Source of the DNA: an uncultured Rhodanobacteraceae bacterium
Lineage (GTDB): Bacteria > Pseudomonadota > Gammaproteobacteria > Xanthomonadales > SZUA-5
NCBI GenBank assembly: GCA_937928755.1
Contig: CALEZI010000117.1
Span: forward strand, 21,541 to 85,540
Length of the DNA stretch: 64,000 nucleotides
Reading direction: 5' to 3'
Shown piece by piece: positions 28,425-36,741 of the stretch. The notes beneath the pieces are model-generated. The model saw only the letters and a list, made by a program, of their open reading frames with translations. It ran no database searches and had not been told where the DNA came from. Numbering within the stretch: position 1 is the first letter of the stretch; each line of letters begins with the position of its first letter. A program made the translations under genes and the position numbers.

Positions 28425-28504
28425 GTAGGTCACGTTGCCTGCGCAGCAGGCTACGTGACGCTGTCCATTGTCACGTAGCCCGCTGCGCAGGCAACGTGAC
28501 CTAC
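28425..28504. repeat. 80-bp nested palindrome, copy 2 (same family as 25405-25484)
   Basis: GTAGGTCACGTTGCCTGCGCAGCAGGCTACGTGACGCTGTCCATTGTCACGTAGCCCGCTGCGCAGGCAACGTGACCTAC. It sits upstream of the iorA-like start. Confidence 0.8.
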
Positions 28505-28565
28505 AAATAAATACTCTACAATCAAACGTTTAGAGGATGTTCTGTGAAAGGCGGAACAGCCAATA

Positions 28566-28676
28566 GTCCGCAAAGGACTCAAGGGACGCAAAGAAAGCAC
28601 AATCGTGGATGCGTTCAGCCGGAGCGATTCCCGTTCAACACTTCCCTTTGCGTCCTGTGTGTCGTGCGGACAAAAA
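28566..28676. repeat. family-A k-mer-arm hairpin element (degenerate copy)
   Basis: AGTCCGCAAAGGACTCAAGGGACGCAAAGAAAGC ... CCCTTTGCGTCCTGTGTGTCGTGCGGAC. Confidence 0.7.
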
Positions 28677-28775
28677 GAAGGGGAACGATATCGCCACTGG
28701 TCGAGTTGGCGACGCGTTCCCCGGGTAGACACCCAGCGCGCGACTGGAACAATCCAGTCGCGCGCCGGGAAACGC

Positions 28776-31613
28776 TTACGGCGTGAAGTTCAAGCGTGCC
28801 ACCTCACCAGCCACTGCAGCATCACGTCCGATCACCAGCGGCTTGTAGGCATTCACCAGCCAACGTGGCAACTGGCTGATGTACGCCGGGCTCAGCAGCG
28901 AACCACTCTGGCCACCCGGATAGATCTGCTGGGCGCTGATCGGGGTGCTCATGCTGCCGACGAAACGTCGCACCGGGCCACCGGTGAACATGAAACCGTT
29001 GAGTGTGTTGGCACGGACGCTGACATCGGAGTCGTCGACCACCTCGTAGTTGCCCGGACGAGCGACGCCGGGCAGGTTGGGCCCCAGATTGGTGATCGGG
29101 AACGGATTGTTGCCCGGGATGTTGAAGGGCTCGCCGAGTGGGTGACGGAACACCTTGCGGTGCAGCTTGCCCCAGCGGTAAGCGTCCTGATTGGTCGACT
29201 GCCCGAACGCCGGCGCGAATTCGGCGCTGGCGAGCAGATTCAGGCCATCCTTGAGGCTCTTCAGCAGCAGGAAGTCGCGCGCGGCCTCCGGATTGGGTGC
29301 GCCTGCAACCACGAAGAAGTCGAGCCCCGATGCACCTTTGCCACGCGCGGTCGGGAAAGTATCCAACAGGTTCTTGATCGCACGCAGGCTCTCTTCGTTG
29401 CTCGGAAGCTGCGACGACAACCCCACCCGCGCCAATGTCGCATCCAGCACGTTGCGAACGGTCTGGTTACGCCAGAAGGTGTACAACGTGGTCGCCACCG
29501 AGTTGGCTACCTCGGCCGCCGAGGGTTCGGGTAGATTGGCCGGGTTGTCGCCCGGATCGTAACCTTCGCGGATGCCGGTCGGCGTGGTGAGGTTCCAGTC
29601 GCGGATGCGTGTGACTGCCTCGACCACTGCCGGGTCGGCGCCCAGTGCCGCCAGTTGCGACCACGCGCCGCTGGCACCGGCGTTGGCGAATGCACTGAGC
29701 AGTGCCGGACGCAACAACTCGGCGTCGAGCGGCTGGTTGTTGGCCTGCCACTGGCGCATGTCGGCGAGCGACACCTTGACGTCGGCATCCAGCTTGGCGC
29801 GGATCAAGCGGTCGACGCGGCCCATGCGGAAATCCGCATATCCCGCATTCAGGTAATACAGACCTCCACCCGCGCGGGTCTGGTTCAGCGCGTTGTTGTC
29901 GCTGGTGGTTCCCACCGGGTCGTTGTTGGCGTTGGCAATGTAACCACTGGCCGGATTGGTCGCATTCGGCATCTCGGCGATCGGCAACAACTGGAAGGGC
30001 GTGGCCTGATTTGCCTGCGAAGTGGTGCGCGGCAACCAGTCGTGCTTGAGTGCGCCCGTTCCATCGCGGACCAGGAACGGGGGAATGTTGCCGTCGGCAC
30101 GGCCGAGCGTCTGCAGGTCGGTGCGCAACGGCAGCTCGCCGGGCGCCGTGTAGGCGATATTGCCATCGACATCGGCATAGGCGAAGTTCTGGCTGGCGCC
30201 GTCGAAGAAGGTCAGTGCCTCGCGGAACTCGGCCAGGTTCTGCGCCCGCGCGATGCGCCGGTAGGCCTCCAGTTCTTGCGTCGGACCCCAGCCGGTATAG
30301 GCGAAGCTGATGCCGGTATCGCCGGTGATCGAGACCACCGGGCCGTTGTTGCGCCGCGGCACGATGATGGTCACGCCACCGTTGGTGTAACCGATCGAAC
30401 TCACCCGGGAGACGTTGTCGTTCACCTGATCGCCGAGCGAATTGGCGAAATAGCTCTGGAAAATCCAGACCACCGGCTCGGCCACGCCACTGTGGATGGT
30501 GTGCGTCGGCAGTCCATAGGTATTCAGGCGGAATTTCTCGGAGAAGGCATCCGTCATGTCCATCGGATTGACCGTCTGCCCCCAGCAATGGCGCGTGGTG
30601 CAACCAAGCAGGATGTTCGGCGTCCCAGGTACCGAGACCCCCACCACGTCCATCGGCTGCGCAAATTGCGGGTCGGTGGACACCACGTGGGCCTCGTTCC
30701 ACAGCGCCGGCATGTCCATCGACAAGTGCGGGTCGTTGGCGAGAATCGCCTTGCCGTCGACGGTCTTGCTGCCACTGATCAACCACCAGTTGCTGCCGCC
30801 GCGCTTGGCGTTGAGCTGCATCGTCGGCGCCAGCCACGGATTGTCCTTGACCGCCTCGACATGCTGACGTGCCGCTTCCAGCGTCTGCGGATCGATCATC
30901 GGGATATTGCTTGTGTCCATGCCCGACTTGTCGGCCTCGGTGACGCCGATGCCGGCGAGGAAGCCCGGAACAGTCACCCGACCGTCGACCGGCTTCACGC
31001 GACTCAAATCCTCGAAAAACAGCCGGTTGCCATCGAAGCCGGCGGCTGCACCCGCCTGCTGATAGGCGCCCAGACGCACGGTCAGGCCGGTGTCGTTGTC
31101 GAAACCGAGCTGCCAGGCGAGGAATTTGCCGATCGCAAAGGTATCGACCGGCGACCACGGCTCGGCGCGCGTCAGTTCCAGGGCCGAATACTCGACCGGC
31201 AGGGGATTGCTGCGCAGCCAGGCGTTGACGCCATTGGCATAGGCCTGGGTGATGCCGCGCAGTTTGGCGTTGGTTTCGACATAGGTCGCCCAGGCCGCAC
31301 GGCGGATACCGAGCGTACGCAACTGCACGTCGTTGGCGAGCGCGGCAGGTCCAACCAATTCGGCATAGGTGCCACTGGCGACGCGGCGCAGGAAATCCAT
31401 CTGGAAGAAGCGGTCGCGCGCGTGACTGTAGCCGAGCAGGTAGGCGGCATCCTCGTCACTCGCGGCGAGCACCGTCGGCACGCCCTCCGCGTCGTACGAG
31501 ATCGATCCCGGCGCCTTCAGGCCGGGCGCGGAAATGGACTGGGCGGATGCCAGCGAAGCACCTCCCAGAAGGGCGACAACGAGCGCGGCAACCAGCGGCT
31601 TTTTGATCATCAC
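28776..31613 (-). CDS. penicillin acylase / acyl-homoserine-lactone acylase family Ntn-hydrolase, secreted
   Basis: Signal peptide. GYSHARDRFFQMD near the N-terminus and the internal RGGSNWW site typical of the Ser-nucleophile autoprocessing junction. Confidence 0.8.
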   Translation of the reverse strand: MMIKKPLVAALVVALLGGASLASAQSISAPGLKAPGSISYDAEGVPTVLAASDEDAAYLLGYSHARDRFFQMDFLRRVASGTYAELVGPAALANDVQLRTLGIRRAAWATYVETNAKLRGITQAYANGVNAWLRSNPLPVEYSALELTRAEPWSPVDTFAIGKFLAWQLGFDNDTGLTVRLGAYQQAGAAAGFDGNRLFFEDLSRVKPVDGRVTVPGFLAGIGVTEADKSGMDTSNIPMIDPQTLEAARQHVEAVKDNPWLAPTMQLNAKRGGSNWWLISGSKTVDGKAILANDPHLSMDMPALWNEAHVVSTDPQFAQPMDVVGVSVPGTPNILLGCTTRHCWGQTVNPMDMTDAFSEKFRLNTYGLPTHTIHSGVAEPVVWIFQSYFANSLGDQVNDNVSRVSSIGYTNGGVTIIVPRRNNGPVVSITGDTGISFAYTGWGPTQELEAYRRIARAQNLAEFREALTFFDGASQNFAYADVDGNIAYTAPGELPLRTDLQTLGRADGNIPPFLVRDGTGALKHDWLPRTTSQANQATPFQLLPIAEMPNATNPASGYIANANNDPVGTTSDNNALNQTRAGGGLYYLNAGYADFRMGRVDRLIRAKLDADVKVSLADMRQWQANNQPLDAELLRPALLSAFANAGASGAWSQLAALGADPAVVEAVTRIRDWNLTTPTGIREGYDPGDNPANLPEPSAAEVANSVATTLYTFWRNQTVRNVLDATLARVGLSSQLPSNEESLRAIKNLLDTFPTARGKGASGLDFFVVAGAPNPEAARDFLLLKSLKDGLNLLASAEFAPAFGQSTNQDAYRWGKLHRKVFRHPLGEPFNIPGNNPFPITNLGPNLPGVARPGNYEVVDDSDVSVRANTLNGFMFTGGPVRRFVGSMSTPISAQQIYPGGQSGSLLSPAYISQLPRWLVNAYKPLVIGRDAAVAGEVARLNFTP

Positions 31614-31705
31614 GGCACCTCCTCAGAGAAAACACCCGGAGCATCCTACGAGCAGCGTCCGAGTGCACGTTGCGCTGCGTCAATACGGTTACTTGCCCGA
31701 CTTGT

Positions 31706-32524
31706 TCAATCCCGACTGCGCGGTCCGATCGGCGTCTCCGGTACCGGATAGCCGGCCGCGGTGAACACTTCGACGATCTTGCGATTGGTGTCGAAATACA
31801 CCTGCCAGTAGTTGTCCGTGTGGGTGTACGGCCGCACACACAATTTTGGTCCCTCGGGCGTGAACTCCAATATGTCGATTTCCGGTGCCGGATTGCTGCA
31901 CACGTTGGCGATCGATGCGATGACCGGCTTCAGGCGGGCGATGGCATCGATCGGATCCACGCTGTTGGCGATCTTTGCCACGCAGTCGACGCGCCGATGC
32001 GGCAGCACGCTGAAGTTCTGGATGTTGTCGGCGAAGATCTTGTTGTTGCCCACCACCACGACGGTATTGTCCGGGGTCACGATGGTGGTCGCGAACAGTC
32101 CGAGCTCGCGCACGGTGCCAAGCGTGCCGCCGGCGCAGATGAAATCGCCCACGTTGTACGGGCGCAGCACCTGCATGAAGATGCCGGCGGCGAAACTGCC
32201 GAGCATGCCGCTCCACGCCGCGCCGATCGCCAGTCCGGCGCCGGCCAGCAAAGCGGCGAACGAGGTCGTCTTGACCCCGAACATCTCCATCAGCGCGAGG
32301 ATCAACACGATGTTGAGCAACACCGAGACGATCGACCGCAGGTAATTGATCAGCGTGACATCGAGCTTCTTCGCGCGCTCCATCACCGCGCCCATGGCGC
32401 GTACCGCCATGCCGATCAACCAGCGACCGACCACCCAGGCAACGATGGCACCGAGAATCTTGAGACCGATATCGACGCCCTGTGTGCTCAAGTAGGCCCA
32501 CGCGCCCTGCAATGTGTCGTTCAT
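31706..32524 (-). CDS. MscS-family mechanosensitive channel
   Basis: Three N-terminal TM helices, then GAAWSGMLGSFAAGIFM..RPY.VGDFI....GTV.E.GLF.T.....DN......NN.I. I chose the ATG at 32524, so the upstream part of the track ORF is non-coding leader. Confidence 0.8.
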   Translation of the reverse strand: MNDTLQGAWAYLSTQGVDIGLKILGAIVAWVVGRWLIGMAVRAMGAVMERAKKLDVTLINYLRSIVSVLLNIVLILALMEMFGVKTTSFAALLAGAGLAIGAAWSGMLGSFAAGIFMQVLRPYNVGDFICAGGTLGTVRELGLFATTIVTPDNTVVVVGNNKIFADNIQNFSVLPHRRVDCVAKIANSVDPIDAIARLKPVIASIANVCSNPAPEIDILEFTPEGPKLCVRPYTHTDNYWQVYFDTNRKIVEVFTAAGYPVPETPIGPRSRD

Positions 32525-32619
32525 GGCGGTCCTCGCGATTGTCAGTGATGTCGGCTCACGTTCTGCTGCGGTGTTCCCACAATTTGCGTTGAGCCCGTCG
32601 GCATAGCCGCCGGGCGTTC

Positions 32620-32745
32620 GACCGATCGCGCGGCATGCCGCGCAAACTTGATCGGTCTCACTTTCGCGATAACCTTGCCCGGCCCGCAACAAGTTGCGTG
32701 CGTTCAAGCCGGCGCGCGGCATGCCGCGCCAGCGGCCGGCTTTCA
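32620..32745. repeat. twin hairpins, each centred on the perfect 16-bp palindrome GCGCGGCATGCCGCGC (32628-32643 and 32714-32729)
   Basis: Both cores are flanked by further pairing (GACCGATC/GATCGGTC and AAGCCGGC/GCCGGCTT). They lie between the tail-fibre-like gene stop and the mscS-family start. Confidence 0.6.
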
Positions 32746-32883
32746 CCCTTCACGCGCCTTGCCTGGCGATGAAATCGATCGGAACTTTCTTCAAGTTACT
32801 TCTTGGACACCACACTAACGACTGCGCATGCGCGAAGCAATCGCGACATGCCGATAGTGGAACGCGGCGCCATCAGTGCAGTG

Positions 32884-35304
32884 TCACGGCGTCAGGCGCA
32901 CCTTGAGCAGCACCAAATCCAGTTGTGCCTGCATCGCCTGAATTTCGCGACGCAAAGTCGCGAGTTCTGCGCTCTGCGCGGCATCGGCGGGGTTGAGACC
33001 CACCAGCGCCCGAACGATTTGTGGACCGTCCCGCGTGCTGGCGCTCCAGGCACGACCGACGACGAGCGGCAGATCATCATACGCAAGCTCGCTGATCGGC
33101 ACGGCGCGCGCGCGGCCGCCACCGGCGGCGACCAGAAAATCACCGGCAGCGACATGGCCGACCACACGCACATCGACCTGGCCGATGAAGGCGATCAGTG
33201 CGTGCGTCGCGCGCCGGCTCTCGCCGGGATCGTTGCCGCTGATCGCCGGATTGCTCGATACGACCGCCAATTGCTGGGCACCGAGGATATCGAGACCGAC
33301 CATGCCATCTCGGATGCCGACGACGCTGCCCGGCGGCAATCCGGCGTTTGCATCGGCTTTCGGCAGGTACTCGGCGTAGTCACCGCCGCTGCTGTTGAAG
33401 ACAACGCCGCCGGAGCCGTTGCCCTCGACCGAACCGATCGCCGCGGCGCTGCCGTTCTGGAAGGTCAGGAAATTGTTGGAGGTCGTCGGCAGCGGGACGT
33501 TGACGCGGATCGCCAGCCCGTCCGGCGTCACGCCGCCGGATTGCGCGGCGTTGTTGCGGATCAGCGCCGCATGTCCGTTGCGCTCGGCCACCACATCGAA
33601 AGCGGTGATCGGATCGTTGGTATTGAAGCCAAACCCACCGCCGGCACGGATCAGGAACTGGTTGTCGCCGGAAGAAACGAAGTCGGTAGCGGTGCTGTCG
33701 GCCCACACAAAGGTGCCGGCATCGCCCAGGGCGTCTCCCGACAACGCGACGTCCTGGCAACCGAATCGCGGCAGACCCGAAGAAGTGCCAGGGCGCACTT
33801 TCGCGCTGCGTCCGGCGGCCAGCGAATAGGACCCGCCGGCGCAATTGTCGGAGCCGCCCGGGACCATGCTCAACCCGCCGCTGGCAGAGTTGATGTTGCC
33901 TCCGGCGACCGTGCTCCAGGGGCCACTGGCGGTGTTGACGCCACCACCGCCGACGACGCTGCGGCTGCCAACTGCCTGGTTGGCCTCGCCGCCGGAAACC
34001 GTGTCGTGGTCCGCGGCAGCGGTGTTGGCGAAGCCGCCGCTCACCACACTGCGTTGTCCGGTAGCGGCGTTGCCGGCGCCACCGGCGACGGCGCTGTTTT
34101 CGCCGCTTGCGCCATTGTTCGTGCCACCGGCAACAGTGCTGCCGGTCGCGCTGGCGCTATTACTGTCGCCACCGCCGACGCTGGCGAATGGCGCGCTCAG
34201 CGGATCCTCGCCGAGATCGCCAGCGCGATGGCCAAATCCACCGGCGATGGTGCCGTAGTGATCGCTGACCACGTGCGCGCGCTCGCCGGTGTAGCTGGGG
34301 TCGCTGTCGCCAGCCGGCACTCCGCCGCCAGAAATGGTGGCACCGCGCACGCTTGCGGGCGCAATCGTGTTGGCCGAACTGCCGAAGCGTATGTTGGCGG
34401 TCGCGCCGCCGGCTGGCCCGGTCAGAACCACACTCTGCAGCGAGGCCACGGTGGTGTTGTTGACGCGCAAGTTCAACGGCTGATTGTCGACGGTGCCGAG
34501 GAATGCAGACGCCGGATTGCCGGAATTGCCGCTCAACGACCAGGCCGGCGTCGCCACCGCCACGCAAACCGCGGCACCATCCGCCGCAATCGACTGCAGG
34601 TACTGGCCTGCCGGGCAACTCAACGGGCTGGCTGCGGTACGTCGCTGCACGCTCGCGTCGCTGCCGAGGGTGAGCGTGCGCGCGGCGATGCTGCCGGTGA
34701 TGCCACCGCCGCCGGTTACGGCGGTCACGCCGGTGTCGGCATCGCTGGCGCAATTCACGTTGCCGGTGGCCTGCACGCCCTGCATGAACTGGCCAGCGGC
34801 GCAGTTGCCGCTGACCCGCACCTGCACCTGGGCCGGGTTGATCTCGGCACTGCCGACGGTGCCGTTGACGATGCTGGTTGCATTCACCGAGTCCGGTCCG
34901 GCGACCAGCGCCAGATCGGCGCTGATCGCCTTGCTCGCATACGGCACCTCGCGCACATTGGTGCGCGGGTTCAGCGTGGTGTAGGCGCCGGTCGAGGCGC
35001 CATCGCGGATGCGGACTTCGAGCCAGCGCTGGTCGCTGGCGGAAAACGGCGACGGCAACCCGAAGTTCAGGTCGCGGTTGAGCAATCCCCCGGTCAACGC
35101 CAGGTCGGCGACCACCACGGTCTGGCCGACCTGGGCTCCTGCAGCGGACTGGTTGAACAGGCGGAATTCGAGATCGAAGACGCCATTCGCCGGCACCCCT
35201 GCCACGCGCAACTGACCCTGGTAGCTGAGCGTGCCGTCCACGCTTTGCGCCCGGGCGCCGCATGCCAGCGCAAACAGCGCCAGCCCAAGCAACCGCTGCC
35301 GCAT
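32884..35304 (-). CDS. secreted tail-fibre-like protein with YadA-head-like GG..N.ASG repeats and a Peptidase_G2/IMC-like C-terminal region
   Basis: The ATG at 35304 follows GAGGAG. Signal peptide MRQRLLGLALFALACGARAQS. The N-terminal YQGQL...NG.FDLEF.LF....WLEVRI module is common in 'tail fiber domain' proteins. There are about 8 repeats of S.VAGG..N.A.G, then GGDYAEYL...AVVSSNPAISGN, then a terminal coiled coil. Confidence 0.65.
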   Translation of the reverse strand: MRQRLLGLALFALACGARAQSVDGTLSYQGQLRVAGVPANGVFDLEFRLFNQSAAGAQVGQTVVVADLALTGGLLNRDLNFGLPSPFSASDQRWLEVRIRDGASTGAYTTLNPRTNVREVPYASKAISADLALVAGPDSVNATSIVNGTVGSAEINPAQVQVRVSGNCAAGQFMQGVQATGNVNCASDADTGVTAVTGGGGITGSIAARTLTLGSDASVQRRTAASPLSCPAGQYLQSIAADGAAVCVAVATPAWSLSGNSGNPASAFLGTVDNQPLNLRVNNTTVASLQSVVLTGPAGGATANIRFGSSANTIAPASVRGATISGGGVPAGDSDPSYTGERAHVVSDHYGTIAGGFGHRAGDLGEDPLSAPFASVGGGDSNSASATGSTVAGGTNNGASGENSAVAGGAGNAATGQRSVVSGGFANTAAADHDTVSGGEANQAVGSRSVVGGGGVNTASGPWSTVAGGNINSASGGLSMVPGGSDNCAGGSYSLAAGRSAKVRPGTSSGLPRFGCQDVALSGDALGDAGTFVWADSTATDFVSSGDNQFLIRAGGGFGFNTNDPITAFDVVAERNGHAALIRNNAAQSGGVTPDGLAIRVNVPLPTTSNNFLTFQNGSAAAIGSVEGNGSGGVVFNSSGGDYAEYLPKADANAGLPPGSVVGIRDGMVGLDILGAQQLAVVSSNPAISGNDPGESRRATHALIAFIGQVDVRVVGHVAAGDFLVAAGGGRARAVPISELAYDDLPLVVGRAWSASTRDGPQIVRALVGLNPADAAQSAELATLRREIQAMQAQLDLVLLKVRLTP

Positions 35305-35315
35305 CGGAGTTCTCC

Positions 35316-35585
35316 TCATTGCTCGAAGCCGTTGGCGAACAACGCATCGGGCGGGATTTCGACACCTGCCCAGAAACCGCCGGCCAATTCGAAGCTGCCA
35401 CCGGTCATCGGCGGACTGGCCTCGAACTGCCCAAGTGTATGGTCGACGAGGACACTGGCGCCGGCAGCGCTCCCGCTGCCCCCTTTCAAGGTCGACCAAC
35501 GCAGGTCATAGGAGCCACCCTGCTGCGCCGACAAGGGTGCGCCGACCACCAGTAGAAGAACCCAGCGCAAACGGCCAGCAGGCAT
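35316..35585 (-). CDS. small secreted protein (89 aa) with GG.Y.L / GGFW beta-hairpin-like repeats
   Basis: Signal peptide MPAGRLRWVLLLVVGAPLSAQQ. GGSYDLRWSTLKGG....GGSFELAGGFWAG. The stop codon abuts or overlaps the start region of the downstream large gene. Confidence 0.5.
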   Translation of the reverse strand: MPAGRLRWVLLLVVGAPLSAQQGGSYDLRWSTLKGGSGSAAGASVLVDHTLGQFEASPPMTGGSFELAGGFWAGVEIPPDALFANGFEQ

Positions 35586-35748
35586 GCGGCACCCGGAGGA
35601 AGCGACCCGATGAATGATGGTACGGGTTAAACCGCTCCAGCGGGCCAGCGCGGTCGCAGATTTTCTCTGCGGCGGGTTCTCCGGCCGGCCCGATGCAGCG
35701 AGGTCAACGTGGACAGGGTCAGCACGCCAAGCCTCGACCAGCAGGACC

Positions 35749-36741
35749 TCAACCGTAATCCAGCGGTTTCGCCGGACCGCGAAACACGCTGTAGGTGTAA
35801 GCCGAATAGCCGAGGATCATCGGCAGCGTCACAGCCACCCCGAACAGGATGATCCACAGCGATCCGCTCGCCGCCGCCGCCTGATGGATGGTGATGCGAT
35901 CGACCACCAGATACGGGTACAGGCTGTAGGCGAGACCTGCGAAAGCACTGGTGAACAATCCGACCGCGCAGGCGAAGGGCAGCTTCGGCGCACCGCTGAT
36001 GCCACCTGACAACCGGCGCAGGGATCGATCTGCCAACAACACCAGCGCCACGCTGGCCAGGGGTATCGGCATCAGCAACAGAAAGTTGGGCAGCGCGAAC
36101 CACTTGTCGAAGATCCGCGCACTGACCAGCGGCGTGGCGATCGACACCCCGGCAATGCCGAACGCGGTCAACCACAACGCCACGCGCGCCCAGCGCACCG
36201 CCTTCGCCTGCAGTTCGCCGCCGGTCTTCAGCATCAACCAGGTGGCGCCAAGCAGGCTGTAGCCCGCCAGCAGGCAGACACCGATGAAACCGGCGAAGGT
36301 GAAATTGGCGAGGCTCCACTCGAAGCCCAGAATGTAGGCGCCGAGCATGAAGCCCTGCGACAGCGCGGCGAGCGCCGAACCGGCGAAGAATGCGCGGTCC
36401 CACAGATGCTTGTGTTGCGCGCGCGCCTTGACGCGGAAGTCGAAAGCCACCCCGCGCAGGATCAGCGCAATCAGCATCAGCGTGACCGGCATGTAGAGCG
36501 CGCCGAGAATGACGCCATGAGCAACCGGAAAGGCGATCAGCAGGATGCCGACACCGAGCACCAGCCAGGTTTCGTTGGCATCCCAGAACGGTCCGATCGA
36601 CGCGATCATCAGGTCCTTCTGCGCCTCGTCGGCGCCGGGCAGAAGGATGCCCACGCCAAGGTCGAAGCCATCCAGGATCACGTAGGCGAACATCGCCACG
36701 CCCATCAGTGCCATGAAGATTTCCGGCAACCAGGCGCTCAT
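35749..36741 (-). CDS. cydB: cytochrome bd-type quinol oxidase subunit II
   Basis: N-terminal FAYVILDGFDLGVGIL...IGPFWDANETWLV is diagnostic. A 4-nt overlap links it to subunit I. Confidence 0.9.
   Translation of the reverse strand: MSAWLPEIFMALMGVAMFAYVILDGFDLGVGILLPGADEAQKDLMIASIGPFWDANETWLVLGVGILLIAFPVAHGVILGALYMPVTLMLIALILRGVAFDFRVKARAQHKHLWDRAFFAGSALAALSQGFMLGAYILGFEWSLANFTFAGFIGVCLLAGYSLLGATWLMLKTGGELQAKAVRWARVALWLTAFGIAGVSIATPLVSARIFDKWFALPNFLLLMPIPLASVALVLLADRSLRRLSGGISGAPKLPFACAVGLFTSAFAGLAYSLYPYLVVDRITIHQAAAASGSLWIILFGVAVTLPMILGYSAYTYSVFRGPAKPLDYG

Noticed and set aside
29467-31751. Long alternative ORFs (563 aa minus strand, 698 aa plus strand) overlapping the acylase gene
   Set aside because: Only the 28776..31613 frame gives the signal peptide and Ntn-hydrolase acylase motifs. 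The others are Arg/Pro/Gly-rich frame artefacts.
32803-35511. 902-aa plus-strand ORF opposite the tail-fibre-like gene
   Set aside because: The minus-strand frame has an SD, a signal peptide, structured repeats and GC3-rich codons. The plus-strand translation is a featureless A/G/R/D-rich sequence.
32884-35585. Prophage or tailocin remnant around the tail-fibre-like gene
   Set aside because: No capsid, terminase, sheath, baseplate, integrase, lysis or att-like features occur within ~10 kb on either side. The neighbours are mscS-family and cydAB. I retained it as an orphan fibre-like gene only.
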